A DNA stretch of 63,418 bases from Christensenella sp. UBA7584 (GCA_002477805.1 DLKQ01000022.1:1-63418); one strand, 5' to 3'; positions 1-8,197 are shown, counted from the stretch's first letter. The notes: generated by a model from the letters alone, not told the origin. Numbers and translations: made by a program.

Positions 1-276
1 GGCGTAGGATATTTGAGAGGATTTGCTCCTAGTACGAGAGGACCAGAGTGAACGTACCTATGGTGTATCTGTTGTCGCGCCAGCGGCATTGCAGAGTATC
101 GATGTACGGAAGGGATAAACGCTGAAAGCATCTAAGCGTGAAACCCACCTCAAGATAAGATATCCCACAGGGTTAACCTGGTAAGACCCCTTAGAGATTA
201 TGAGGTTGATAGGTTGGAGGTGTAAGTGCAGTAATGCATTCAGCTGACCAATACTAATAGGTCGAGGGCTTGATCA
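1..276 (+). rRNA. rrl: 23S rRNA, 3'-terminal ~276 nt (gene continues upstream of the window)
   Basis: Conserved 23S domain VI strings: AGTACGAGAGGACC (sarcin-ricin loop), GCTGAAAGCATCTAAGCGTGAAAC, GGTTGATAGG...CAGCTGACCAATACTAATAGGTCGAGGGCTTGA. The 3' end position is approximate. Confidence 0.93.
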
Positions 277-343
277 ATTAGAGTGGTAAATTATTACAGA
301 CTCTGCGTTGACAAGTTTATATAAGGTTTATTGTGAAAATTTG

Positions 344-372
344 TTGACAGATCTTCAAAAGTATGATATATT
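344..372 (+). promoter_or_regulatory. Candidate sigma-A type promoter inside the 23S-5S spacer
   Basis: TTGACA (344-349), 17-nt spacer, TGA-TATATT (extended -10, hexamer 367-372), about 40 nt upstream of the 5S 5' end. Confidence 0.35.
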
Positions 373-413
373 GACTATGCAGTTGTGAGTGTGTTAACCA
401 CGCACTGTACCAT

Positions 414-531
<118 letters not shown>

Positions 532-536
532 TCCAT

Positions 537-586
537 AAGAAAGAGTGTTCTCTCACGAACCTCTTTCTTTTTTTGTGGTATAAAAC
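537..586 (+). terminator. rrn operon intrinsic terminator
   Basis: AAGAAAGAG (537-545) pairs with CTCTTTCTT (571-579), with an inner GTTC/GAAC hairpin, followed by a T run to 586. Confidence 0.6.
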
Positions 587-1039
587 TACCATACAGTCTG
601 CTGGCTTTATTTAGGTTTACCGATGAATAGATTTAATTTCCTCTTATACTTTGTATTTTGTTGGATTTACAAATCGCTTTGTATTTGAAAAAGGTGTATT
701 GGAAACCTTGGCCGCTATGCAAGATAACTCCTAATATGTCAGCTAAGCAGCCAAAACTGGCAGATTATGTTAAGATGTAAAGCATTATTTTTTGCTAAAA
801 ATATACTTTTTAATTATTACTGAGTTCATTACATCAACTGGAATAAAACACAATCAAATATAGTTAAATAGTTAGAGACATATAAAATGAATTTTATATG
901 CAGATTTTCTATACTTTTATCCAAAATTTATAATAATTCTAACAAAAATTTGTAAAAATTTAGTAAAAAATGCTTCCAATTTTACTTAAAGTGTGTTATT
1001 ATAATGATAGGCTATTCCTACCTTTTAGCTTAAACAATT

Positions 1040-1075
1040 AAAGACCGCTATAGTGTTAGCGGTCTTTAATTTTAT
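1040..1075 (+). terminator. Orphan terminator-like hairpin
   Basis: AAAGACCGCTA (1040-1050), 6-nt loop, TAGCGGTCTTT (1057-1067), then AATTTTATTT. No annotated gene ends here. Confidence 0.35.
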
Positions 1076-1172
1076 TTCTAAATCTTAGTTGTTTAAATGA
1101 TTTTTTTGACCAAAATTTAAATCTTGACTTTTTCCTAAAAAAATAGTAGAATAATATGTATTAGATGAGAAA

Positions 1173-1561
1173 ATGGAAAATTTTGAAACTACAGTTTTTA
1201 TAAAAGATAGAAACGATGAATTAAAACTTTATGATTTGAATATTGAGGTTACAAAATTTAAGGACCTTAGAGAAGAGTTTTATACTACATAAGGCAAGAC
1301 TCACTTGACCAAATACCAAATTTGCCCAATGGGCAGTGTTAGTGTTCCAATTTACTATACATACTTCAATAAAGTTGGATTTGTTCAATATACAAAAGAA
1401 ATAGAAGTTCACCAGTATGTATTCCAGCGGGTAAAAAAATGAGAGTTGTTACACCTTACAATCCAAATGATTTTATTGAAATAATTTTATCAAAAGTTGT
1501 TCTTGTTGCGTATCCACAGGACGAGTGTTATAGTGAGTATTTTTTTAAACATTCAATTTAA
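1173..1561 (+). pseudogene. Collinear broken ORF pieces (possible decayed gene of unknown function)
   Basis: Three collinear pieces. A 39-codon piece (1173-1289) ends in TAA. It continues in frame for 49 codons (1293-1439) to a TGA inside an A7 run. A 40-codon piece (1439-1558) follows in the frame that a single extra A would restore. Confidence 0.3.
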
Positions 1562-1913
1562 AATTTCTCAATATTATCAAATTAGAAAAAAGCCAATCTC
1601 AAATTAATTCAAAATTTATTTTTGATAACGATGTTAAAAGGATAATAAAGTATAATAAGCAATTATTTTTTAATGATAAAGCTTTAAGGCAATTAAGAAT
1701 TTCGAAAAAATGTTTTACACCAGAATTAATTGTAAAAAGTTTCGGGTATGACAGAAATAATCCAGAAAACTTTGATCAAGATAATGTTGGAGCATTTTAG
1801 ACAAAACTAATATCCTAAAGAAACTATTATATCAAGTCAGTTAGACAAAGAAAAAGAACTTAAACTAAACTAATTAAAAATTTAGAAAACATTTTTTATG
1901 TATAAAATTTTTA

Positions 1914-1942
1914 TTGCCTTATTTTTTTAGATGTGCTATAAT
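1914..1942 (+). promoter_or_regulatory. Promoter of the P-type ATPase gene (predicts a leaderless mRNA)
   Basis: TTGCCT (1914-1919), 17 nt, TGC-TATAAT (hexamer 1937-1942). The ATG at 1950 lies 7 nt after the -10 and has no Shine-Dalgarno (SD) sequence. Confidence 0.55.
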
Positions 1943-1949
1943 CATCTAT

Positions 1950-4418
1950 ATGAAAAACACAGAAAAGAGATATAAGCGTAAAAAAAATATTGTTCCTGAA
2001 AGGTTTGATACTAAAATAAAAACTGGATTATCCTCGGAACAGGTTTTACAGCGCAAAAAAATGGGGTTTGATAACCCAGAAAAAAATAAGAAAAGCAGAA
2101 GTTTTTTGGGTATTATAATGTCTGAACTGCTTACATACTTTAACCTTATTTTTTTTGTTATTGCAATAATTTTAATGGTTGTTGGGGCATATACTCAACT
2201 AACTTTTTTGGTTGTAGTTATTGCAAACCTTGTTATTGGAATTGCTCAAAAGATAAAATCTAAGATTATTGTAGATAAACTTTCTCTTGTCACCGCATCA
2301 ATGGCAAAAGTTGTTCGCGATGGAAAAGAGCAAGAAATTCAAACTACGGATATTGTTTTAGATGACATCATTATTCTCACGAGCGGACAGCAAATTACTT
2401 GTGACAGTATTGTTCAATCAGGTGAACTTAGGGTAAATGAATCACTACTGACAGGTGAGAGCTTGCCTGTACTAAAAAAACCTGGAGACACTGTTCTTTC
2501 TGGCAGTTTTGTTGTGAGTGGAACAGCATATGTTAAGGCTGACAAAGTTGGATTAGATACTTTTGTGCTTAGTCTTACAGATCAAGCTAAACAGTATAAA
2601 AAACCTAATTCAATAATTTTAAGTACTTTAAATAGGATTATAAAGATTATTGGAATAATGATAATTCCTATAGCACTTTTACTTTTCTATCAGACGTACA
2701 CTCATTATACGGGTGCTGAAAGAATTTATGATACAGTAATCAAGACTTCTGGTGCGATAATTGGAATGATTCCATCGGGTTTATTCCTTTTAACATCTAC
2801 CGCACTTGTTGTTGGTGTTATGAGGCTTGCAAAACAAAAAATCCTTGTCCAAGAGTTGTATTGCATAGAAATGCTTGCAAGGGTAAATGTTGTTTGTATG
2901 GATAAAACAGGAACAATTACCGATGGAAGTATGGTTGTAAAAGAAACTGTACAACTTGAAAAATACGATGACAAAACGCTTTCTAAAATAGTTAAAACTA
3001 TACTAGCAACCTTAGATGATGAAAATGATACAGCTAAGGCGCTGAAAAAATATTTTAAACCAGAGAAAGTATTTGAAACAGGAAAATACTACAATTTTTC
3101 AAGCGAAACAAAATTTTCGTGTGTAGAAATAAAAAGCTTTGGTTCAATTTTTATGGGTGCGCCAGAGATATTACTAAATAAAGAAAAATATGCAAAAGTT
3201 CTTGAGCAGGTAAATAACTACGCTGGAAAAGGTTATCGTGTCCTTGCTGTTTGTTCCTATGACAAATTGTATGATGGTGAGCACAAACCTGATGTCAGCC
3301 CAATGGGGTTGATACTCTTAGAGGATAATGTTCGTGAAGATGCTATTGAAACAATAAAATACTTCAAAGATAATGGAGTTGCTCTAAAAGTTATTTCAGG
3401 TGACAACCCGGTAACGGTAAGTGAGGTTGCATTAAGAGCTGGAATCGATGGAGCGGAGAAATACATTAGTCTAGAAAATTTGACTGATGAAGAAGTGTTA
3501 AAAGTTGCTAATGAATATACAATTTTTGGTAGAGTTGTTCCACATCAGAAAAAGCTTTTAATTCAAGCACTTAAATTGAAAGGTAACACGGTTGCGATGA
3601 TTGGTGATGGGGTAAACGACATTTTAGCTCTCAGAGAAGCTGATTGTTCTATAGCGGTTGGTGCTGGTGCTGATGCGGCAAGGCGTGTTTCACAACTTAT
3701 TCTTACAGATAGTAATTTTTGTTCAATGAAATCTGTGGTGGCAGAAGGTAGGCGTGTTACTAACAATATTAGGATTTCTTCACCACTATTTTTAACTAAG
3801 ACAATGTTCTCTGTGATTTTCTCAATCTTTTGTATTATTATGGCATATGAATACCCATTTAGTCCAGTACAATTGTTGCTAATGGAATTTTGTGCAATTG
3901 GTCTTCCTTCTTTTGCACTTGCACTTCAACCAAATCGTGATCTCATTAAGGGGAAATTCTTGCAAACTATACTCATAAAATCCTTAATTGGTGCCGTTGT
4001 ATCGCTCGCAATTGCTATATTCCTATACTCAACTCCAAGTCTTACTGGTCTGTCAATGGAAGAAATTCAGTCAATTATAGTAGTTGCTTTAACGGTTAAT
4101 GCTGTATTTGTTGTAGCAAGAGCATCTTGGCCATTTAATTTTTATCGCTTGATTGTCCTTTTGGTTGTGGTTACACTTGTTGTAAGTGGTTTTTTAATGC
4201 TTTCTAACTTGTATGGTACGGCAATATTCACAGGAACTCCAATTTATAATTTGATTCAAATTGATATACTTTCACCAACTGGTTACAAGTGGCTGTATAT
4301 ATCACTTGCTTCAATACCAATCTTGCTTGCTATTGGTATTTCAGTAGAAAAGTTGATAGAATATTCGGCTAAAAAAAGAAAAAGTAGGAAAATTCCTGTT
4401 TCAAAAGATGAAATTTAA
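1950..4418 (+). CDS. Cation-translocating P-type ATPase (HAD-IC family)
   Basis: Track ORF 1914-4418 trimmed to ATG 1950. Motifs TGES (LLTGESLPV), DKTGTIT and GDGVNDILAL, an N-terminal GLSSEQV cation-ATPase-N segment and many TM helices. Confidence 0.93.
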   Translation: MKNTEKRYKRKKNIVPERFDTKIKTGLSSEQVLQRKKMGFDNPEKNKKSRSFLGIIMSELLTYFNLIFFVIAIILMVVGAYTQLTFLVVVIANLVIGIAQKIKSKIIVDKLSLVTASMAKVVRDGKEQEIQTTDIVLDDIIILTSGQQITCDSIVQSGELRVNESLLTGESLPVLKKPGDTVLSGSFVVSGTAYVKADKVGLDTFVLSLTDQAKQYKKPNSIILSTLNRIIKIIGIMIIPIALLLFYQTYTHYTGAERIYDTVIKTSGAIIGMIPSGLFLLTSTALVVGVMRLAKQKILVQELYCIEMLARVNVVCMDKTGTITDGSMVVKETVQLEKYDDKTLSKIVKTILATLDDENDTAKALKKYFKPEKVFETGKYYNFSSETKFSCVEIKSFGSIFMGAPEILLNKEKYAKVLEQVNNYAGKGYRVLAVCSYDKLYDGEHKPDVSPMGLILLEDNVREDAIETIKYFKDNGVALKVISGDNPVTVSEVALRAGIDGAEKYISLENLTDEEVLKVANEYTIFGRVVPHQKKLLIQALKLKGNTVAMIGDGVNDILALREADCSIAVGAGADAARRVSQLILTDSNFCSMKSVVAEGRRVTNNIRISSPLFLTKTMFSVIFSIFCIIMAYEYPFSPVQLLLMEFCAIGLPSFALALQPNRDLIKGKFLQTILIKSLIGAVVSLAIAIFLYSTPSLTGLSMEEIQSIIVVALTVNAVFVVARASWPFNFYRLIVLLVVVTLVVSGFLMLSNLYGTAIFTGTPIYNLIQIDILSPTGYKWLYISLASIPILLAIGISVEKLIEYSAKKRKSRKIPVSKDEI

Positions 4419-4441
4419 AAAGAGCTCAAAGCTCTTTTTTG
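4419..4441 (+). terminator. Intrinsic terminator after the ATPase gene
   Basis: AAAGAGC-TCAA-GCTCTTT hairpin followed by TTTTT. Confidence 0.7.
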
Positions 4442-4443
4442 TA

Positions 4444-4471
4444 TTGACAAAAGGCTTTAATGTGTTATAAT
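4444..4471 (+). promoter_or_regulatory. Promoter of the ThyX-like gene
   Basis: TTGACA (4444-4449), 16 nt, TGT-TATAAT (hexamer 4466-4471, extended -10). Confidence 0.65.
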
Positions 4472-4498
4472 ATTGTTAATAAATAAGCGAGGTTACAA

Positions 4499-5749
4499 AT
4501 GAAAATTTCTTTAATATCAGCGTCAAATTTTTATGAAAATCCAAGTCCGATTAAAATTGATAAAAAAACCAATGAAATTTCTTTAGCTGTACCTACGGGC
4601 AAAGTGCAAAACAAAACTGAAATATTACGTGAAACTCTTGAAAAACTAAGTGGTTCTTCTGCCAATGTTTGCTATACAAATAAATCTATGCAAGAGATTT
4701 TAGATGAAAATTTTTCGAACACACAAAAAAGACTAAAACACACAGTTCAATCGGGGCATCATAGTGTTTGTGATCACGCCAATTTAACGCTTTACCTTGA
4801 GGATATCCCAAAACTTTTTGCAATATTATTAAATAATGAAAAAGATTACTCTACTTCTGAAAAATCTGGGAGATATGCACCACAAAACTGGGATTCAAAT
4901 GGGGAAGGAAAACTATGTCTTAAATGGCAAAATATAATCCGTGAAAAAATAGACGAAGAATATGGTGATTCTGTTGCTTACCTAGATGAAAATAGGAAAA
5001 ATAAACTTGCACAGGAGAATGGTAGATACTTTTTAAGTGTTTTAGAGCCAACAACAAAAATGGTTCATACAATTTCGTGGAGACAACTCAACTATGAGGT
5101 GTGTTGGATGAAAGAAATTTTGGAGAAAAAAAATCAATCTACAATTATCGAAAAGCTAAAACCAACAATGAAAGACTTTTGCGAGCAAATTGAAAAGTTA
5201 GACCTTGTTTATGAAGGAATTGTAGACGGGAAAAATAGAACATTTAGCTTGTTTAATGACAACCAGACAGATGAAGAATACTTCGGACGGATATACACAA
5301 CAAACTACAAGGGCTCATTTACTCAGGTTGCGCAAGCACAAAGGCATAGAACTATCGACTATACAATTTCTATTCCGCAGGAATTTGATTTTTATGTGCC
5401 TGAAATCTTAAAAAGCGACCCTGATTTGGTTGAAGAATACAAAAATGATGCCGAATCGGTAAAAGACAAATTTCCTCAGGGTACGATGGTTAATGTGACC
5501 GAAAGTGGAACATATGAAGCGTTTAAATGGAAACTCCTTGAAAGAAAGTGTGCTAGGGCTCAAAATGAAATAAGGTTACAAGCTAATATAACGACACAAA
5601 AATATTATGACGCGTTAAAGGCGAAAAGTGATAAATTAGCAGATGATTTAAAAAATTATTTACAAGCTTCTCGGTGCAAATTTCCAAACTATAAGTGTAG
5701 GGAGGTTTGTGGCTTTAAACAAGGTATAAGTGGAGAAAGAAAAATATAA
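4499..5749 (+). CDS. Divergent, long ThyX-like (flavin-dependent thymidylate synthase family) protein
   Basis: 416 aa with a GAGG RBS. SGHHSVCDH matches the ThyX GHxSxxEH block. STSEKSGRY matches the SxxxxSxRY block, but RHR is replaced by NEK. LLERKCARAQNEIR matches LRxxxxAQxEI. An RHR triplet occurs elsewhere (QAQRHRT, about residue 283). Confidence 0.55.
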   Translation: MKISLISASNFYENPSPIKIDKKTNEISLAVPTGKVQNKTEILRETLEKLSGSSANVCYTNKSMQEILDENFSNTQKRLKHTVQSGHHSVCDHANLTLYLEDIPKLFAILLNNEKDYSTSEKSGRYAPQNWDSNGEGKLCLKWQNIIREKIDEEYGDSVAYLDENRKNKLAQENGRYFLSVLEPTTKMVHTISWRQLNYEVCWMKEILEKKNQSTIIEKLKPTMKDFCEQIEKLDLVYEGIVDGKNRTFSLFNDNQTDEEYFGRIYTTNYKGSFTQVAQAQRHRTIDYTISIPQEFDFYVPEILKSDPDLVEEYKNDAESVKDKFPQGTMVNVTESGTYEAFKWKLLERKCARAQNEIRLQANITTQKYYDALKAKSDKLADDLKNYLQASRCKFPNYKCREVCGFKQGISGERKI

Positions 5750-5847
5750 AAGCTGTGCCTGAGTTCTTAGTAAATATTATACAAGAATGATATAATCTAA
5801 TTAATACCTAAAAATTTGCTAAAAAAATAAAAAATTATGAAAAACTG

Positions 5848-5876
5848 TTGATATTTTTATTTCTTTGGTATATAAT
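5848..5876 (+). promoter_or_regulatory. Promoter of pyk (very short or no leader)
   Basis: TTGATA (5848-5853), 17 nt, TATAAT (5871-5876). The ATG at 5886 is only 9 nt after the -10. Confidence 0.55.
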
Positions 5877-5885
5877 TATAAGGTT

Positions 5886-6914
5886 ATGAAAAGAATTACA
5901 CAAATAGTATGCACAATAGGTCCTGCGTGCAATGATGAGGAAACTTTAATAAAAATGTTCAAAGCAGGTATGAACATCGCTAGATTAAATATGAGTCACG
6001 GTACACACGAGACTCATCAAGAGCTTATTGACAAACTGGAACCACTACGTAAAAAAGGATTAAAGGTTCTCGTAGATACAAAGGGACCTGAAATTAGAAT
6101 TGGTACTTTTAAAGATGGGTCTGTTAATTTGGTTACTGGTGAAAAATTTACACTAACATCAAGAAACATTGAGGGTAACGATAAGGAGGTTAGCCTAAAA
6201 TACAAACAGTTAGTGAATGAAGTTAAACCAGGTGACAAGATTTTTGCGAACAACGGAATGATTATTTTGGAAGTAAAAAAGGTTACAAAAACAGATATTC
6301 AATGTGAAATCTTGTTTGGTGGAAAGCTTTCGAATAACAAAGGCCTTAATGTTCCTGGGGTTGTTCCAAGCACTCCATTTATTTCTGAAGCCGATGCAAG
6401 TGACATTATGTTTGCAATTAAGAATAAAGTAGACTATATTGCACTTTCTTTTGTAAGTACCAAAAGCAATGTGAACGATGTACGAAAATTCCTAGCCAAA
6501 AATAGTGACAAGTATATCAAACTTATTGCAAAAATAGAGAATTCTCGTGGTGTTAAAAATGCTGAATCAATTCTTGATGTATGTGAAGGGTTGATGGTTG
6601 CAAGAGGGGACTTGGGTGTTGAAGTTCCAATGGAAAAACTTCCCCCAATTCAAAGAAGACTTATAGCTCTATGTAATGTTCGTAAGAAAAGTTGTATTGT
6701 TGCAACAGAAATGCTTGAAAGTATGACAAATTCAACAAGACCAACTAGAGCAGAAGTTAACGATGTTGCATCAGCTATTTATCAAGAAGCAACTGCAACG
6801 ATGCTTTCAGGTGAAACAGCATCTGGAATTGACCCAGTTAATGTTGTTCAAACAATGGCGAAAATTATTGATGAGGTTGAAAAACACAAATATAGAGTTG
6901 AATGTTGTGAATAA
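5886..6914 (+). CDS. pyk: Pyruvate kinase, short form lacking the C-terminal regulatory domain
   Basis: Track ORF trimmed to MKRITQIVCTIGPA. Motifs ARLNMSHG, TKGPEIR, AKIENSRGV, MVARGDLGVE, ATEMLESM, RAEVNDVA and MLSGETASG. It ends at 342 aa, right after the A domain, and is followed by a clean terminator. Confidence 0.9.
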   Translation: MKRITQIVCTIGPACNDEETLIKMFKAGMNIARLNMSHGTHETHQELIDKLEPLRKKGLKVLVDTKGPEIRIGTFKDGSVNLVTGEKFTLTSRNIEGNDKEVSLKYKQLVNEVKPGDKIFANNGMIILEVKKVTKTDIQCEILFGGKLSNNKGLNVPGVVPSTPFISEADASDIMFAIKNKVDYIALSFVSTKSNVNDVRKFLAKNSDKYIKLIAKIENSRGVKNAESILDVCEGLMVARGDLGVEVPMEKLPPIQRRLIALCNVRKKSCIVATEMLESMTNSTRPTRAEVNDVASAIYQEATATMLSGETASGIDPVNVVQTMAKIIDEVEKHKYRVECCE

Positions 6915-6944
6915 AAAGTTCAGACTGTTGTCTGAACTTTTTTA
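6915..6944 (+). terminator. Intrinsic terminator after pyk
   Basis: GTTCAGAC-TGTT-GTCTGAAC hairpin flanked by an A run and TTTTTT. Confidence 0.75.
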
Positions 6945-7065
6945 TATTTGATTTTGTAAAGTTTAAAAATGATAATCTTCTAATAAAAATTAAATACCCA
7001 ATTATCTAAGGCAATATTAAGAAAAAAATGTTACATTCTTTGAATGTTTTTTATTTTTGCAAATT

Positions 7066-7129
7066 GTTTTACTATTAAAAAGTTTGAAAAGTTTTACTAT
7101 CAATGTTTAAAATTTCACTATTGATGTTT
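7066..7129. repeat. Three direct repeats (TTTnACTATnnATGTTT-like) spaced 21-25 bp
   Basis: GTTTTACTATTAAAAAGTTT (7066), GTTTTACTATCAATGTTT (7091) and ATTTCACTATTGATGTTT (7112), in a 420-bp convergent intergenic region. Confidence 0.4.
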
Positions 7130-7269
7130 TTCCAAAATTTTATATAAATAGTGAAAAACAAAAACATTAGAAAGAAAAAATCAATATTTGGTTTTGGCTT
7201 AAAAAGCTACAAGTATGTATATAACTTGTATTAATTTTACCTAATATTAAAAGAACTATTCGCAAAATA

Positions 7270-7302
7270 AATTGAGTTCAGCAAATACTATGAACTCAAT
7301 TT
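7270..7302 (-). terminator. Terminator of the two-gene hypothetical operon
   Basis: AATTGAGTTCA / TGAACTCAATT 11-bp stem with an 11-nt loop, T-rich on both sides. Confidence 0.6.
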
Positions 7303-7335
7303 ATTGTTTGTATGATATATATGGATTTAGTAGGT

Positions 7336-7695
7336 TTAGAAAAATTCTACGAAAGAGGTTTCTCTTGAAGTTTTTTCTTTTAAAGGTTTTGTTGACCTTG
7401 TACATAGATTTTTATAATTTTCTAAAGCTTTCTCATAACTTTTTCCAAACATACGACTCATATGTTTTTGATAATCCGAGTTTGTGCGATAATCCTCTGG
7501 AAGTATAGTAAAATCCGATAACTTGAAGTAAATAAATTTTTCCTGTTCACGATTTCTTTCATCATCATCATCTTTTTCTGGAACTAAACTACCCCAAATC
7601 TCTACTCCATTTGATTTGTAGTTAACCTTGTCTATGTCATAATTTTCAGGCACAGCCCAGCGAAGTTCTTTCCTTTCTAATTTTTCAACAAACAT
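7336..7695 (-). CDS. Hypothetical acidic protein, paralog of the upstream gene
   Basis: 119-aa ORF with a GGAG RBS. Shares the C-terminal motif HMSRMFGKSYEKALENYK with FMTKKFGKEYAKKLDKQK of the 7708-8148 product. Confidence 0.7.
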   Translation of the reverse strand: MFVEKLERKELRWAVPENYDIDKVNYKSNGVEIWGSLVPEKDDDDERNREQEKFIYFKLSDFTILPEDYRTNSDYQKHMSRMFGKSYEKALENYKNLCTRSTKPLKEKTSRETSFVEFF

Positions 7696-7707
7696 AATAA
7701 ATCTCCT

Positions 7708-8148
7708 TTAAAAATTTAGTTCGTAAAATTTTTCAACTTTAGTCTGGTTTTTGTTAGATGTTGTGTTTGTAATTTGATGAGTTTTAATTTTTTGCTCTTT
7801 TTTTTGTTTGTCTAACTTTTTTGCGTATTCTTTTCCAAATTTTTTGGTCATAAAAATTTCCCAAATATGATTTTCTGCTTCAGAATAACTTTTGCTTATT
7901 TCTTCACTCATTTTTAATTTTGAAAAGTCGTATTTTACTTCATAATCTGTAAATATAATAGGGGTTTGAGGTGAGTTTTGCATATAAATTTTCATATGTT
8001 GTGATTCCTCATCGTAAACACTTCTTATAATTGCATCATCGTGGTCTCTTGGATTTAAAAAACATTCGAAGTCAAGTTTGCTAAGTCTAGAAACGAAGGG
8101 TTCTTCTAAACACTTGTCAATAAATTGTTTAATACTTTCACTACTCAT
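7708..8148 (-). CDS. Hypothetical protein, paralog of the downstream gene
   Basis: 146-aa ORF with an AAGGAGAA RBS and its own promoter. No domain recognised. Confidence 0.7.
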   Translation of the reverse strand: MSSESIKQFIDKCLEEPFVSRLSKLDFECFLNPRDHDDAIIRSVYDEESQHMKIYMQNSPQTPIIFTDYEVKYDFSKLKMSEEISKSYSEAENHIWEIFMTKKFGKEYAKKLDKQKKEQKIKTHQITNTTSNKNQTKVEKFYELNF

Positions 8149-8168
8149 AACACTTTCTCCTTGTTTAC

Positions 8169-8197
8169 ATTATACCAAATAAAATCCTCTTTGTCTA
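8169..8197 (-). promoter_or_regulatory. Promoter of the 7708-8148 / 7336-7695 operon
   Basis: On the minus strand: TAGACA, 17 nt, TGG-TATAAT. Confidence 0.6.

Noticed and set aside
1290-1442. In-frame TAA and TGA in the 1173-1561 pieces as possible stop-codon recoding or an alternative genetic code
   Set aside because: TAA, TAG and TGA all terminate well-conserved genes at their expected ends throughout the window (for example tyrS ends in TGA and rpmJ in TAG). Decay is the simpler explanation.
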